Source of the DNA: Octopus bimaculoides
Lineage: Eukaryota
Direction: 5' to 3'
DNA: 64,000 nucleotides
NCBI RefSeq assembly: GCF_001194135.2
Contig: NC_068991.1
Span: 7,636,070-7,700,069, forward strand
Shown: positions 12,097 through 23,800 of the stretch, piece by piece
Layout of the letters: every line of letters starts with the position of its first letter
Numbering within the stretch: the stretch's first letter is position 1
Translations under genes and position numbers: made by a program
The notes under the pieces: model-generated
What the model saw: only the letters and a program-made list of their open reading frames with translations
Databases searched by the model: none
What the model was told of the DNA's origin: nothing

Positions 12097-12645
12097 TCAG
12101 GAATCGTATGACATCGGAATGCCATTCTTCCGATAAAAGGTATCCCTTAATATACACCTGTGTCCATGTAATGATTTGTTGATATTAAAACTTTTGGAGA
12201 GTTCTGCAATGTTCCAACCATATTCCATACCTGACGTTGGAGGAAAAATAAATTTGTCCTCTGGATTTTCAATATACCTTTGCTTCAGATATTTTGCACG
12301 CCCTTTACCGTCTCTCGACACCCCATCATACAAAATATCTTTTGTTTCTTTATCGATTGGTAACATTAATTCAAATTGTTTTGTTTCTAATTCCGGAGTT
12401 TCTTCCTGTGGTTTTGTCTCGGCTTTTTTGGCAACTGCTTCTTCTGTCTTCTTTTCTAAATTCGGATCACCAGTAGCGAACATAAGTTTTTTGCGAAGCA
12501 TATCACTTGCTTGGCATTTTTCTGTTTCTTTCACTTTCGTTAGCTCATCCTGTCGTCTTTTTCGATGCCAAGCGAGACGTAAAGTTTGTTCCTTTGCAAT
12601 ACTGTCTTCCCAAAATTTGATATTTGCAAAATTGGTTCGAGCCAT
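12097..12645 (-). CDS. SPMIP1: SPMIP1/ATP6V1FNB-like protein (sperm/ciliary microtubule inner protein family), 182 aa, single coding exon
   Basis: N-terminal MAR...FWEDSIAKE..LRLAW and C-terminal PIDKETKDILYDGVSRDGKGRAKYLKQR...PEDKFIFPPTSGMEYGW...FYRKNG match the family as recalled (LLYEGISHDFQGRYRYL...PETRYLFPITTSFTYGW...FFRKNG). AATAAA on - at 11947-11952. Confidence 0.8.
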   Translation of the reverse strand: MARTNFANIKFWEDSIAKEQTLRLAWHRKRRQDELTKVKETEKCQASDMLRKKLMFATGDPNLEKKTEEAVAKKAETKPQEETPELETKQFELMLPIDKETKDILYDGVSRDGKGRAKYLKQRYIENPEDKFIFPPTSGMEYGWNIAELSKSFNINKSLHGHRCILRDTFYRKNGIPMSYDS

Positions 12646-13108
12646 CTTAAAAAATAATAGATATTTTCCTGTTATTTCTCCTTACTTTTTAGTATGCCCA
12701 AACACACTGAAATTTTGATTAAAGCCAAGGGATGTTTTCCTTAATATTTTAATCTTGTATAACAACCAACTATAAATTGTTTATTCATATATTTGATATA
12801 TCTTTATATATTTACATGTACATACATGTCTTTTAATATGGCAATTATTCAATCATCTAAATATAAATGGTTATTTGTAATAAGATCTACCCCTACATTA
12901 ATTTCAAGTTGCACATTTCAGTGCCTCTTCAAACAACTCTCATGATGTTTGACTTAATCCATGCAGTTTATTGTTGTTACTAGTGACAACAGCGACCTTA
13001 GCACCGCCCCCAAAAAGTACGTCGCAATTTTTGGGTAAGGGAGATAACTCCAGCTTGCGAAAGTAGATCTCGCGCGATTTAAACTCGGTTGACATTGCAC
13101 GCAGGAAA
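12646..13108. promoter_or_regulatory. Putative bidirectional promoter between SPMIP1-like and FBXL5
   Basis: Divergent ATGs 463 bp apart. CpG-rich right half with an X-box-like palindrome (12973-12990), GC box CCGCCCC (13004-13010), TCTCGCGCGA (13068-13077) and AAAATGGCG (YY1-like) over the FBXL5 ATG. Confidence 0.6.
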
Positions 13109-13195
13109 ATGGCGCCGAAGTATCCTTACGAATTGGATGTCTTTACAGTGCCTCATAGCAGGATGAAGGCACTTGTACAACAATACTGTGAAATG
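13109..13195 (+). CDS. FBXL5: FBXL5 exon 1 (MAPKYPYELDVFTVPHSRMKALVQQYCEM)
   Basis: Matches human [22 protein letters not shown]; donor GTAAG at 13196. Confidence 0.95.
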
Positions 13196-16100
13196 GTAAG
13201 AAAGCTCATTTAACATCTCGTTTATTTAAGGACGTAGTAAAGAAGCCCAAATCTAAAGGGTGTTCACACACTGCTATGTTAAATCAGCGACCATCGCTTC
13301 ATTATTTTTGTTATTTCGAATTATTTTTAATTCGCAGAAATCGTTAAAATCGTTCTGTAAAAGCTTTTTACTGATAAATTTATATATTATTGGATACCTC
13401 TACTAATTTCTTAATACAGTTTTTTAAAACTTCGACTTTTTGATTAAAGAAAACAAAAAAAAAAGACTTAAAGAAGAGACTTCCAAAATATTTTCTGTTT
13501 ACTTTTATAAATTTAATGTCTTAATAATAAAATCTTTGGAATTGAAATATGAAATTTTGACATTCTGGTACAACAAATAAGAAATCACTTTGAAACATTA
13601 AATTACGTATTTTCCTTTATAACATTCAAACTTGAGCAATGACGATGTTTTGATAAAGTGCTCACGTAACTCGTATCTACGCATGGCGTTTACGTGATTG
13701 TACTTTGTTACGTAAAATAAAGTAGCTTATCTGTATTTCGAAGTATTTTCTCAAATCTGCATCAATACTAACTACTTACTGGTATGATGCAATATGCCAG
13801 AGGTTGTTGTTAAGTGCATGTTCGATACACTAGCCAGAGTATGACATTTTGAGGTTATCAAAATAAAAACAACAGAATTTGGAAATAGCGATGCTATACT
13901 TCAGAACATAACTTTAGGGACGACAGGTATATGTGCATATGGAGTTCTTATATACGAACCAATTACAGGTGATTGTGACTGATTACACAACTAAGCTCCT
14001 GCCAATTCTATCCCAAATTCCGCACTTAAATGTTTTTTACTTAGTCATTTTTATATTTTTTAACTGCTGTTTTTTATTTCTATTCGTTCATCAGTCGCGT
14101 AGTCATAAACTTGGAGAACTTCTACAATAAAACTACCCAACGACTTCATCCACTGCAACTTAAAACTCGTGTTTATTACTACATACCAGCTTATCTCCAC
14201 CACGTCTACTAACAAACTTCTAATCTCTTTGCTTACAATCTGCTGCTTCTCAAAAATTCATAATCCTAACAACCCTGTCTCCATAGGCAACTGTTTTATT
14301 AATCTCACAACTACCTTGACACACTAACATCCTTCCTGGGTCACTTCTCAGATCTCACATTCATGACATCAACCATTCTCCAATTTTCGCCTTTTCAACC
14401 CTTTTGGCCTCCCCACAATTTTCGCAGCTTCTTAGCACTTCATGGACGCAAAAACTCTTGTTACTGCCCAACACCCTTCCCTTTCACCAAAACTACGTAG
14501 TTTTTATACAGACCAGACTGTATTGGCGCCATCTCCTTTGCTCGGGACCAACTCGTTTTTATTAACACGTACATTTGCTTCGGAATGTCCAAAGAGCTGG
14601 TTGTGTTGTTTTTCTTCTATGTCCACGGAGCTTTCAGTAACATGAGCCAAATCAACCTGTTACTCAATAAATACAACTCCAATTATGTGTTGAGTGCTGC
14701 TTCCATTTATTTGTTCACTCACATATACACACACATCTTGTAATGCTATTTGTAAATTTACATTCGTACCAACTACTTGTGTGGTGTTTGTTTTCATTGC
14801 CGTCCTTTACGTTCGCTCATTATTCCTAGCAGCTTTTTGCTGTTGATGCCACCAACATGAACAATATTATCGTTAAAGGCGTGAAATTGTCATGATTTTT
14901 GGATGACAACTGACGAGGAAAAGATGTTCACGTCTTGGGTTTCAATTTTCTGTTTGTTCCTTTGTCATCCTTCTGTCATTTTGGGGGGCTAATGCAGTTT
15001 CGCTCTTCTCCTTGAAAAATGCATTTAAAAAAAAAATCTTTTCGGATTCCTACGTTTTAGATGTCGGAGATTACGAATATGTAAAAAAAAAACACACAAA
15101 ATTTTGAACTTTTTCGAAATTTTTTCCCCTTATGTTTTAGATGACGGAGATTTCGTATATGCAAGAAACCACGTTTTCAAAATTTTAAATTCAATAAGCA
15201 TATAGATATGTGTTTAAAGAGATAGATAGATATGAATGTCTTCCTGGGGCTAAAAACAACAGTAACACCGTCTTCTATAGGACCACCACATTTAGTTGAC
15301 CAATATAGTTTATGAATAAATGGACTGGGATAAATAGATAGACAGATAAATAAATAAATGGATGAAAAATGTTCAAAATTTAAAATTAGGGGGAGGGGGT
15401 GAAATTTGAGCCCTTTATTAAACTTATAACAAATTATTAAACATTGTTTCTCATAGAATGGTGTATGTTTAATTTACATTAGATTATTTAAGGCAAACAA
15501 GTAAAACGCATATTCTTTTCACTTTAATGTTGTAGTCTGTATTTAATTTCGATTTGCATATGTTCGTCAATTCACTACAATCTCTTTAAGGTAAACAAAA
15601 TCAAAAATTTAAATGGGAGAGGAAAGGGTGAAATTAAAAAACATTTTTTTTTGCATATTCACAATCTTCGACATCTAAAATGTAGGAATCTGAAAAAAGT
15701 TTTTTTTTTAAAAATGCATTTTTCAAGGAGAGGTCCGAAACTGCATTAGCCCCCATTTTAACATATATATATCTGTGTGTGTGTGTGTGTGCAAACATAA
15801 AGAATACGCACACTCAGGGTTTAAGGTAGGGTTACACCAAAAATGGGTGGTGTGCAAGGCGAAGGTAAAGAATACACACTCCCAGTGTTTAGGGTTACAC
15901 CGAAAATGGGTGGTGTGCGTATTCTTTACCTCCACCGTGCACACCACCCATTTACATATATATAAATATATATACATGATATTGTTTGTGTGTATCATCT
16001 TCCATGTTTACAATGGGCTGTGCCAGACCGAAAGTCTTGTGATCAGAGTCTACATACAGATTGATTCTCACTTTCTTGTTGTCCCCTATTTCACTAAATT

Positions 16101-19100
16101 TACATCACTTTATGCTAGGTTTCAATTACTTAGCTGCAAATGGAATTGCTTGCTTTCTATTGACAAAGATGTCCTCAGACTAGAGTTCACCTTGGTCCTA
16201 CATTTTGTGTCTTTTCCCTCTCCGCCCCCTGTCTGAGGTATATTGCATGAACTTTGCATCTTAGTAGCTTTGTCTTTGCAAAAGTTTATCAGCGAGCAAC
16301 TATACAGCCAAGTTGTTTAATGCAATTGCACTCACAATAACTAAATTCATACTTGGTTGTTTATCAGACTAATTGGTCCCAATGATAAAAGTTGCACGTT
16401 GACCTGGAAAAAAAAAATTTTTTATTCTTGCATTGCTTTGTGCATTTTAGTCGAAGCCAAACATTTAGCCAATCAGCAGCATTGTTACAGGAGTGCAATG
16501 ACCTCAATAAAGCAATTAACCAATCATAACTGCTGTATTGTATGGTTGAAGACCTAGATGTTATCTGCTGATAAAATACCTCAGAGAAACTGTTTGCGTA
16601 ATGCATGTCATTCCTTTGACAAAAATCAAGCTGGATTAGTTGTTTTCTCGACAAAGTGGCTGAAATTAATTGCAAAGAATGTAAAATAACGACCAAGAGG
16701 CTGATGAAGTTGGGATTAAATTTTGTGGTTTAGAATCATAAAAATTTGTTGGTGCACGTATAGCTGTGTGGTTAAGCAATTTACTTCTTGGTCAATGCCT
16801 GTATCTATGTGTGTGTGTGAAATGCTTATCTATTAATCTAAGGAAAATTCTTCCCACACAAGTCTTGACGTTGAGTGAGAAGGGTGAGGCAAATCAAATG
16901 ACATTTCTGCAGCACTTCTTTTTCTGGGTGTTAGGGCCTGACATATAGGAGATGCGGTCCTTAAACCCACTCAATACCAGTGCCTTGTTGTAGGGGGCAG
17001 TGTCACCAAAGATATCTTGGCTTGAGGACACACAAACCTATGCTGGTGGCATGTAGAAAGCACCCAGCATACTCTGTAAAATGGTTGGCATTAGGAAAGG
17101 CATCCAACCATAGAAACCATGCCACAACAGACAATTGGAGTCTGGACTAGCCAGCTCCTGTCAAACTGTCCAACCCATGCCAGCATGGTAAATGGACATT
17201 AAATGATGATGATGATTATATATATATATATATATATACTAGCAGAGATACCCGGTTTTGCCCGTGTCACATGGAATTGAAGAACGAGACTTTTCTTTTA
17301 TATTTTCTCTAATGAACTGGAATAGATAGATATGATTCAAATTTCATCAAAATTGCAGATTAAGAATTTTAATGAGGGCTCTTTCCCTCTTTACACACCC
17401 TAACAAAAATTCTAATCATGACATATTTATCCCATACTACTCATCTTTATGCCCAGATTCCAAAATCCAAATCTTATGAAACCTATTCAAAGGTTTTTGC
17501 TCCTGAAAAATGGAGCACATGGAGCTCTAAAATGTGGGAGTTAAAGCCCCTATTGTGGTGGTGGTGGTGGTGGTGGGTCTTAAAGTCAATCAGAGAAGTT
17601 GAATTGTTAAGCCCCCATTAAGGGGGGTCTTACTAATTCCTAAGAAGTTGAAATTTTAGAAATATTACTTCATTTGTGTCTAATATCTATGGTTAAAATT
17701 TCATCAACAGCAAAAATATATGAATTTTCATGGGGGTTATGGCCTAGGGGCACTAGCATCGACCACGTTCAGATGGTGCTTTTTACATATATATGGTGTA
17801 TATGTATATTTCCAATCTTCCATGAAAACATGTCTGGTCATGGGAAATATGACCTTACTTGGAAATAGGTAGGAGTTGGGACGAAGGTAAAGAAAATGCA
17901 CACCCAGTGTTTAGGGTTAGGATTGTGCCGAAAATGCAGGAAAGGCATCTGGTTTTAGAAAATCACCTTGACAAATTCCGTCCAACCCATGCAAGCATGG
18001 AAAAGCCGATGTTAAATGATGATGATTCATGTTATATCAAAAATACATTGTCTGGATTGTCGTGGCAAGGAATGCCCTCTTGTAGTTTACTGAAATGCAT
18101 GTGAAGTTTTTAAGGCAATAAAAAATAACTCTAGCTTTGTTACAAGTAATACATTGTGTTTGGAATAATAAATTTATGCAAACAGACTTTGAAATAAATA
18201 TTTAAGTTCTTACTCCCACTTTTTTTTTTCTTTTTTCTTTTTTTTTGTGATTGTGTGAGTTTCCCTGGGTATAAATCTTGCTTTTATCTTGGTAAACAAT
18301 TTTCACAATTTTAAAATAGATTTCTCTTTCAATATGATAGTATACAGTTTAAAAAAAAAAAAATCTTTTTCTATATTTTCTGTAAGAAGGTTGTAAGCTG
18401 GCAGAATGTTTAACCAATGGACTCCTTAGATTACTATTTTTACTCTGGCGGACCCCTCCCCCCGTAACCAGTCCATGTTTAAAAACTAGTTTGATGGATA
18501 CTTCTTTCAAAATTCCTATTTTGTTCATCACATTCCCTTCTTTAGGTTTGCAATAACACTCTCTCTGAGAAAACATATTTCAGTGGCTGGAAATATGTTG
18601 GAATCATGTTAAGCAATAGAGAAAGAAACTTAACCGTTTCTTACAATAAATACATCTAGAGCAAAGTTTTTTCTTTAACCCCTAAAATACTACTGTGAAC
18701 CCCCAATTTACTGTCGTGCTTGTATGGACCCCCCCCCCCCCAAAAAAAATCCCCGGTGGACCTCCCCGGGGTCATGTGAACTTAATCGAGAACCACTGGC
18801 CGAAAGGAAGAACTCGATGCTTGGCAGCTAAGATTGAACTTGTTAGTCAGTAATTTTGCATTTTACTCATTGTCTATATCTTTCTTTTTTTTCTTCTTTC
18901 CTCTCTTTCTCCTCCCTGTAGCAATAATTAAATTCTAAAACTGAATTATCAAATGCCATGATAAAATATGAAAATTATAAAAATATGAACCCTAATAATT
19001 TATTATTTTTTCTTATATTTCAAAGTTCTTCTTTCAAATGGATTTATTATTATTATTATTAGTGTGATTTAGTTTGGAAGTATTATCTCTCACCCATTGT

Positions 19101-20793
19101 GATAGGTCCTGAAAGTATGCACAAAAAGTTTGTCGACATCAGGATTTAGAATTAAAGGAATGTCATAGCATTCATTACAAGTGGTTTCATGTTAAGAACA
19201 GGCAGGTTTGTCATTGGCAACCGGATTTAGAAATGGAACAGTATAATAGTACTCATTGTGATTAATTCCTGATAAAGGAAGTTCCTCATTAGCAACCATA
19301 TTTAGCTTGGGAAAATCTATGTTGTTATCACTTTGTTTACTGTCATTTTGAGGGAAGATTTCATACTTATCTGGTTCACTTGGGTATTTTGATTCTTTTC
19401 GCTTGTGTTTTGCTTGGGAAAAATATGCTTAAAGTTATGCTGTGGCTCATATTTTATATTTCAGTTAACTCTGACTAATTTCTCCAGTGCTTGCGAAGTG
19501 ATGCAACTACTAAAGCAGTTGGGAACTACATTCAACGAATTTAAAGAGCATGAAACAATTGAAAACAAATATATAATGCAGAAGCTGCAGCACAAGATGC
19601 AACAGTTGTCGATTACCAACAATGTTGTGTGCAATTGTCACAAAGATTATAAACTGTCTCAAATGCTTCAACTCCTTGAAGACGGACTTTCCAAATGTTC
19701 CAAGACTGACCAAGATCGGCTTAACTATGGCCTTAAACTGCGCATGGCACTGGATGACTTTACCAAAGACTTTATTCCCCATATGCAAGAAGAAGAGGAG
19801 GTACTAGTATTTGTCTGCTTCATACATATTTTACATTCATTTGTTTTTAAATGCTATTGTGAGTTGAGTGGGTATAAAGTCTGATATTTATAGTTGGCTG
19901 TTCTTCCTGCTACTGAAATGTCAAGTGGGAAAAGCTTCTTACTTTCACTTTGGTAGATTGCGTCAACTAGTTTTCCATTGAACCAGCATATTAGTTCTTG
20001 TTAATTTATTTATTCTTTTTTTTTTTGTTTTTTTTTTTTGTTTCATGGCATTAAGTAGATGACACATTTTTCTCTAGACAGGATGACGACTTATCTTGGG
20101 TAGCTTTTTTCCAGGTATTTTGGTATCTCTTCTCTACAGTTAGGTAAAATGAAACAGGAAAATTAAAACCCTTTAGCATTAAAATTACTCTGTGGCATGT
20201 ATCATCATCATCATCATTTGATGTCTGTTGTCCATGCTGGCATGGGTTGGATGGTTTGACCAAAGCTGGGGAGCTGCACCATCTGACTCCAGTCTGATTT
20301 GGCATGGTTTCTATGGCTGGATGCCCTTCCTAATGCCACTCACTCCACAGAGTGTGCTGGGTACTTTTACATGGTGCCACATGGACGCTGCATGGGTGCT
20401 TTTATGTGGTGCTGCATGAGCACTTTTATGTGGCACCACCACAAATGCTTCCCACCACCAGAAGGACCAGTCTTAACACTTCTGCTGCAGAGTGTGGGTC
20501 TTCTTGAGTACAGCAAGGCATGCATTATCTCAAAGCCTCAAGATTTCAGTGTTTCAATGATTGTTTATTTTTAGAACGACATTCTAAGATAAATGTGAGA
20601 GGCCGGATCTGGCTGGTTTGAACATTAAACAGGTCGAATATTTGGGCCAGATATGGCTACTAAAAGGATTAAGTAGATGGCACGGATTTTTCCCTAGATG
20701 GGACGATGGTCTATCTTTGGTAACTCTTTTCCAAAGGTTTTGGTGCCTGTTCTTCATAACTAGGTCAAGTGAGATACACAAAGATTATAAGTG

Positions 20794-20830
<37 letters not shown>

Positions 20831-23800
20831 CATATATATATATCTATATATATTTCTGAGGATTGGTAAAATAAGTACAAAACAAGTACATCAGCTTCAT
20901 AGAGTTAGTTACCTAGTTCCCATGGCAAAGAAGTGACAGAATTCACAGTATTCCCCTTCAACTGGATGTCTGTCTGTCTGTCTCACAGAATTACTCATTT
21001 ACAGCTGAGTGTACTGGAGCAACATGGAATATATTTTACTCAAGAAGATAATGCACTACCCAGTCTGGGAATTGAAACCGTGATCTTGCAATTGGGTGTG
21101 CAACATCCTTACCACTAGGCCATGTACCTTCACTCACACAAACAAGTACTGGCTAGCTTTAATCATCTGTGCTCCCCCACCACTTTCTTTGCTTTGTGTC
21201 TATGTTGGCAGTGGTAACGTTTGGGTGGTGAAGTGGTAGAAATGAGAGTGCGTTTTGTTGTTAAATTACATTTCCTTAAATAGGCTAACAACAAAAGACA
21301 AAAATGCTTCTCTATAATTGCTTCACCTAATTGAAATTAACTGCTTTACCATCTCACAAAAGTGACATATTGGATTTTACGATCCTGATTACTGTCTGGA
21401 AAAATGGCAAAACCAACACTAAAAATAAACTGCCACATTATCGAAATCTCAAAGGTACAAAATAATGCATGATTAAATTCAAAACAATGGGAATCATTAA
21501 GTATTACATTTGAATAATTGAAAGAAAAAAGGCATCAGTGGGCGATGTATAACCTGGATAAAATAAAATTTAATTTAATAAATATATTCTCTGACAAATT
21601 CATATTTCAACAAAACGACATTGAGTTATTTCCTCTGCTTATCGTTTATGCGTATGTAACAAAGAAAAGAAACATTTTGATTCACCTGTCTGCCAGTTTT
21701 GAAGATAATCAAACGAAAATAATGAATATTTCTGCCAAATTTGGTGAAAATCCTTTCGCCCTTTCGTTACCAACCCGGCTGAAACCAGCTCTGGCTCTGA
21801 GTACAAATGTCTTGTTTTCATAAGTTTTGAATTAAAATCTTCCACCAAACCTTAGTCACAATTTATGTTCCTGGCACCAGCTTAATGATAACCAAGTTAT
21901 TTTACTAAATTCGTTGTTCTATTTAAAGTAATTGAAAGAAACCCAGAGCATCTCAAAATAAATACAGTAACGAAAGGTTTAAGTTGTTTTCCAGTAATTT
22001 TGCAAACACACAGACTAAGATAAGCGACTACAATATCCTGCTTTCGCTTACGTGTGCAGGGCAATAATCTAATTGCTAACGGGTTAAATCAGCCAAACTC
22101 TATTCTCAACAAAATTTTTCTTTGTACCTAAGAAACAGTTATATTTCCGTTGCATTAGAAATTTTGAACTGAATGTGCAGCCATGCATTAAAAGTATGAA
22201 TTGCAAGTGACACACTATTTTCAGCTGTCCGAGTAGAATAAAGTACTTTTATCTCAATATAATAGAGTGGGTGGACTTGTAAGCTAGAACTCAGCTATCC
22301 CATATTCTAAATTTTCTTTTGTCATTTATTTCTGTAATTATCCCTGTCCTGAGTCATGGGCAAATTATTTCACTTCAAGTTTTCCTACAAACTAGCTAGA
22401 ACTTACAGTATACTTAATATCTATAAAGGACCTGAGATTATTCTATGAATAATGCCCCCAGATTACACCCTCAAACACATTAATAGCAGAAGACAGGTAA
22501 AACTAACAATTAATATCCTTATGTTAATAATGCCTCCTCAATTCCAGGTAACCTCACTCTTTTTACTGACAAATCTCGGTCGAAATATAAAACAAAATCA
22601 GTGTTGCTATTTAAGTGTACAATTTTTTTCTTTATTTTCCTATCATGCTCCAGATTTAACACACATCTGGTTTGACCATGCTGTTTTCATATTTTATCAC
22701 AAAATTCTTCTATTGATCTTAACAGGTGCAGTTGTGGCTGTGTGGTAAGAAACTTGCTTCCCAACCACATGGTTCTGGGTTCAGTCCCACTGCATGGCAC
22801 CTTGGGCAAATGTCTTCTATTATAGCCTTGGGCCAACCAAAGCCTTGTGAGTGAATTTGGTGATATTGGTGTGTTTATGTCCCCAAAACTTAGCGGTTCT
22901 TCAAAAGACTGATAGAATAAGTACTAGGCTTACAAAGAATAAGTCCTGGGGTCGGTTTCTTCAACTAAAGGTGGTACTCCAGCATGGCCACAGTCAAATG
23001 ACTGAAATGTGTAAAAGAGTAAATGTTATCTCACAGGCTGTTCTTTCCATTTTGTCAAAAAAATATAGTGATTGCTACTGTTTGAAAAAATTTTTTTCAA
23101 AGAAACAGAAAAACACTTGTGACCTTTTTTAAACCCTTCTTGGTGATCGAGATTAATGTTACTGATCCACTCAAGGCTTTTGTCAGCCCGAGGCTATAGT
23201 AGAAGACACTTGCCCAAAGTGCCACGCAGTGGGACTGAACCCAGAACCATGTGGTTAGTAAGCAAGCTACTTACCACACAGCCACTCCTGCGCCTGCTCA
23301 TTTTTCTTTAACTAACGAGAAAGATTCCAAAGCCTTCGTAATTAGATAATTTGATATCTTACCAAAATATAGACACGAGTTGCATTTTACCACTGACAGT
23401 ATTTTTTTTATTTATGTTTTTAGAATGTTGCAAAAGTTGTGCCGACATAACAATTTCGTATATAACAGCAGAAAATATTTGCTTGCAGATTGTGCAGTTA
23501 CTGTGCATTGCATAGTAGTCACCCACAGTCTTCAACCCATTTCTTCCATCTTGTTAAAATCTTGCAGTTTTTCATGTTTACAATAAGCTCTTTTGTCACA
23601 TAAAAAACATCAGTTGTATTTTGATTGTTTTATTTATTTTCATTGTATTTTCTGTGCTTGTCACCAACTATTTTGTATTCAAATCCAACCACTGAGATTA
23701 ATAACTTGTGACTGTACACAAATTTCAAGTCATAAGTTATTATGCTGTAGATTTTAATGTCTAGAAGTCTTGTGATATGAAGGAATTTTTGTCTTGTGAG

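Noticed and set aside
12176-12718. 180-aa + strand ORF
   Set aside because: It is the antisense shadow of the SPMIP1-like CDS and has no recognisable motifs. The same applies to 19510-19788 and 35924-36247 opposite FBXL5 exons.
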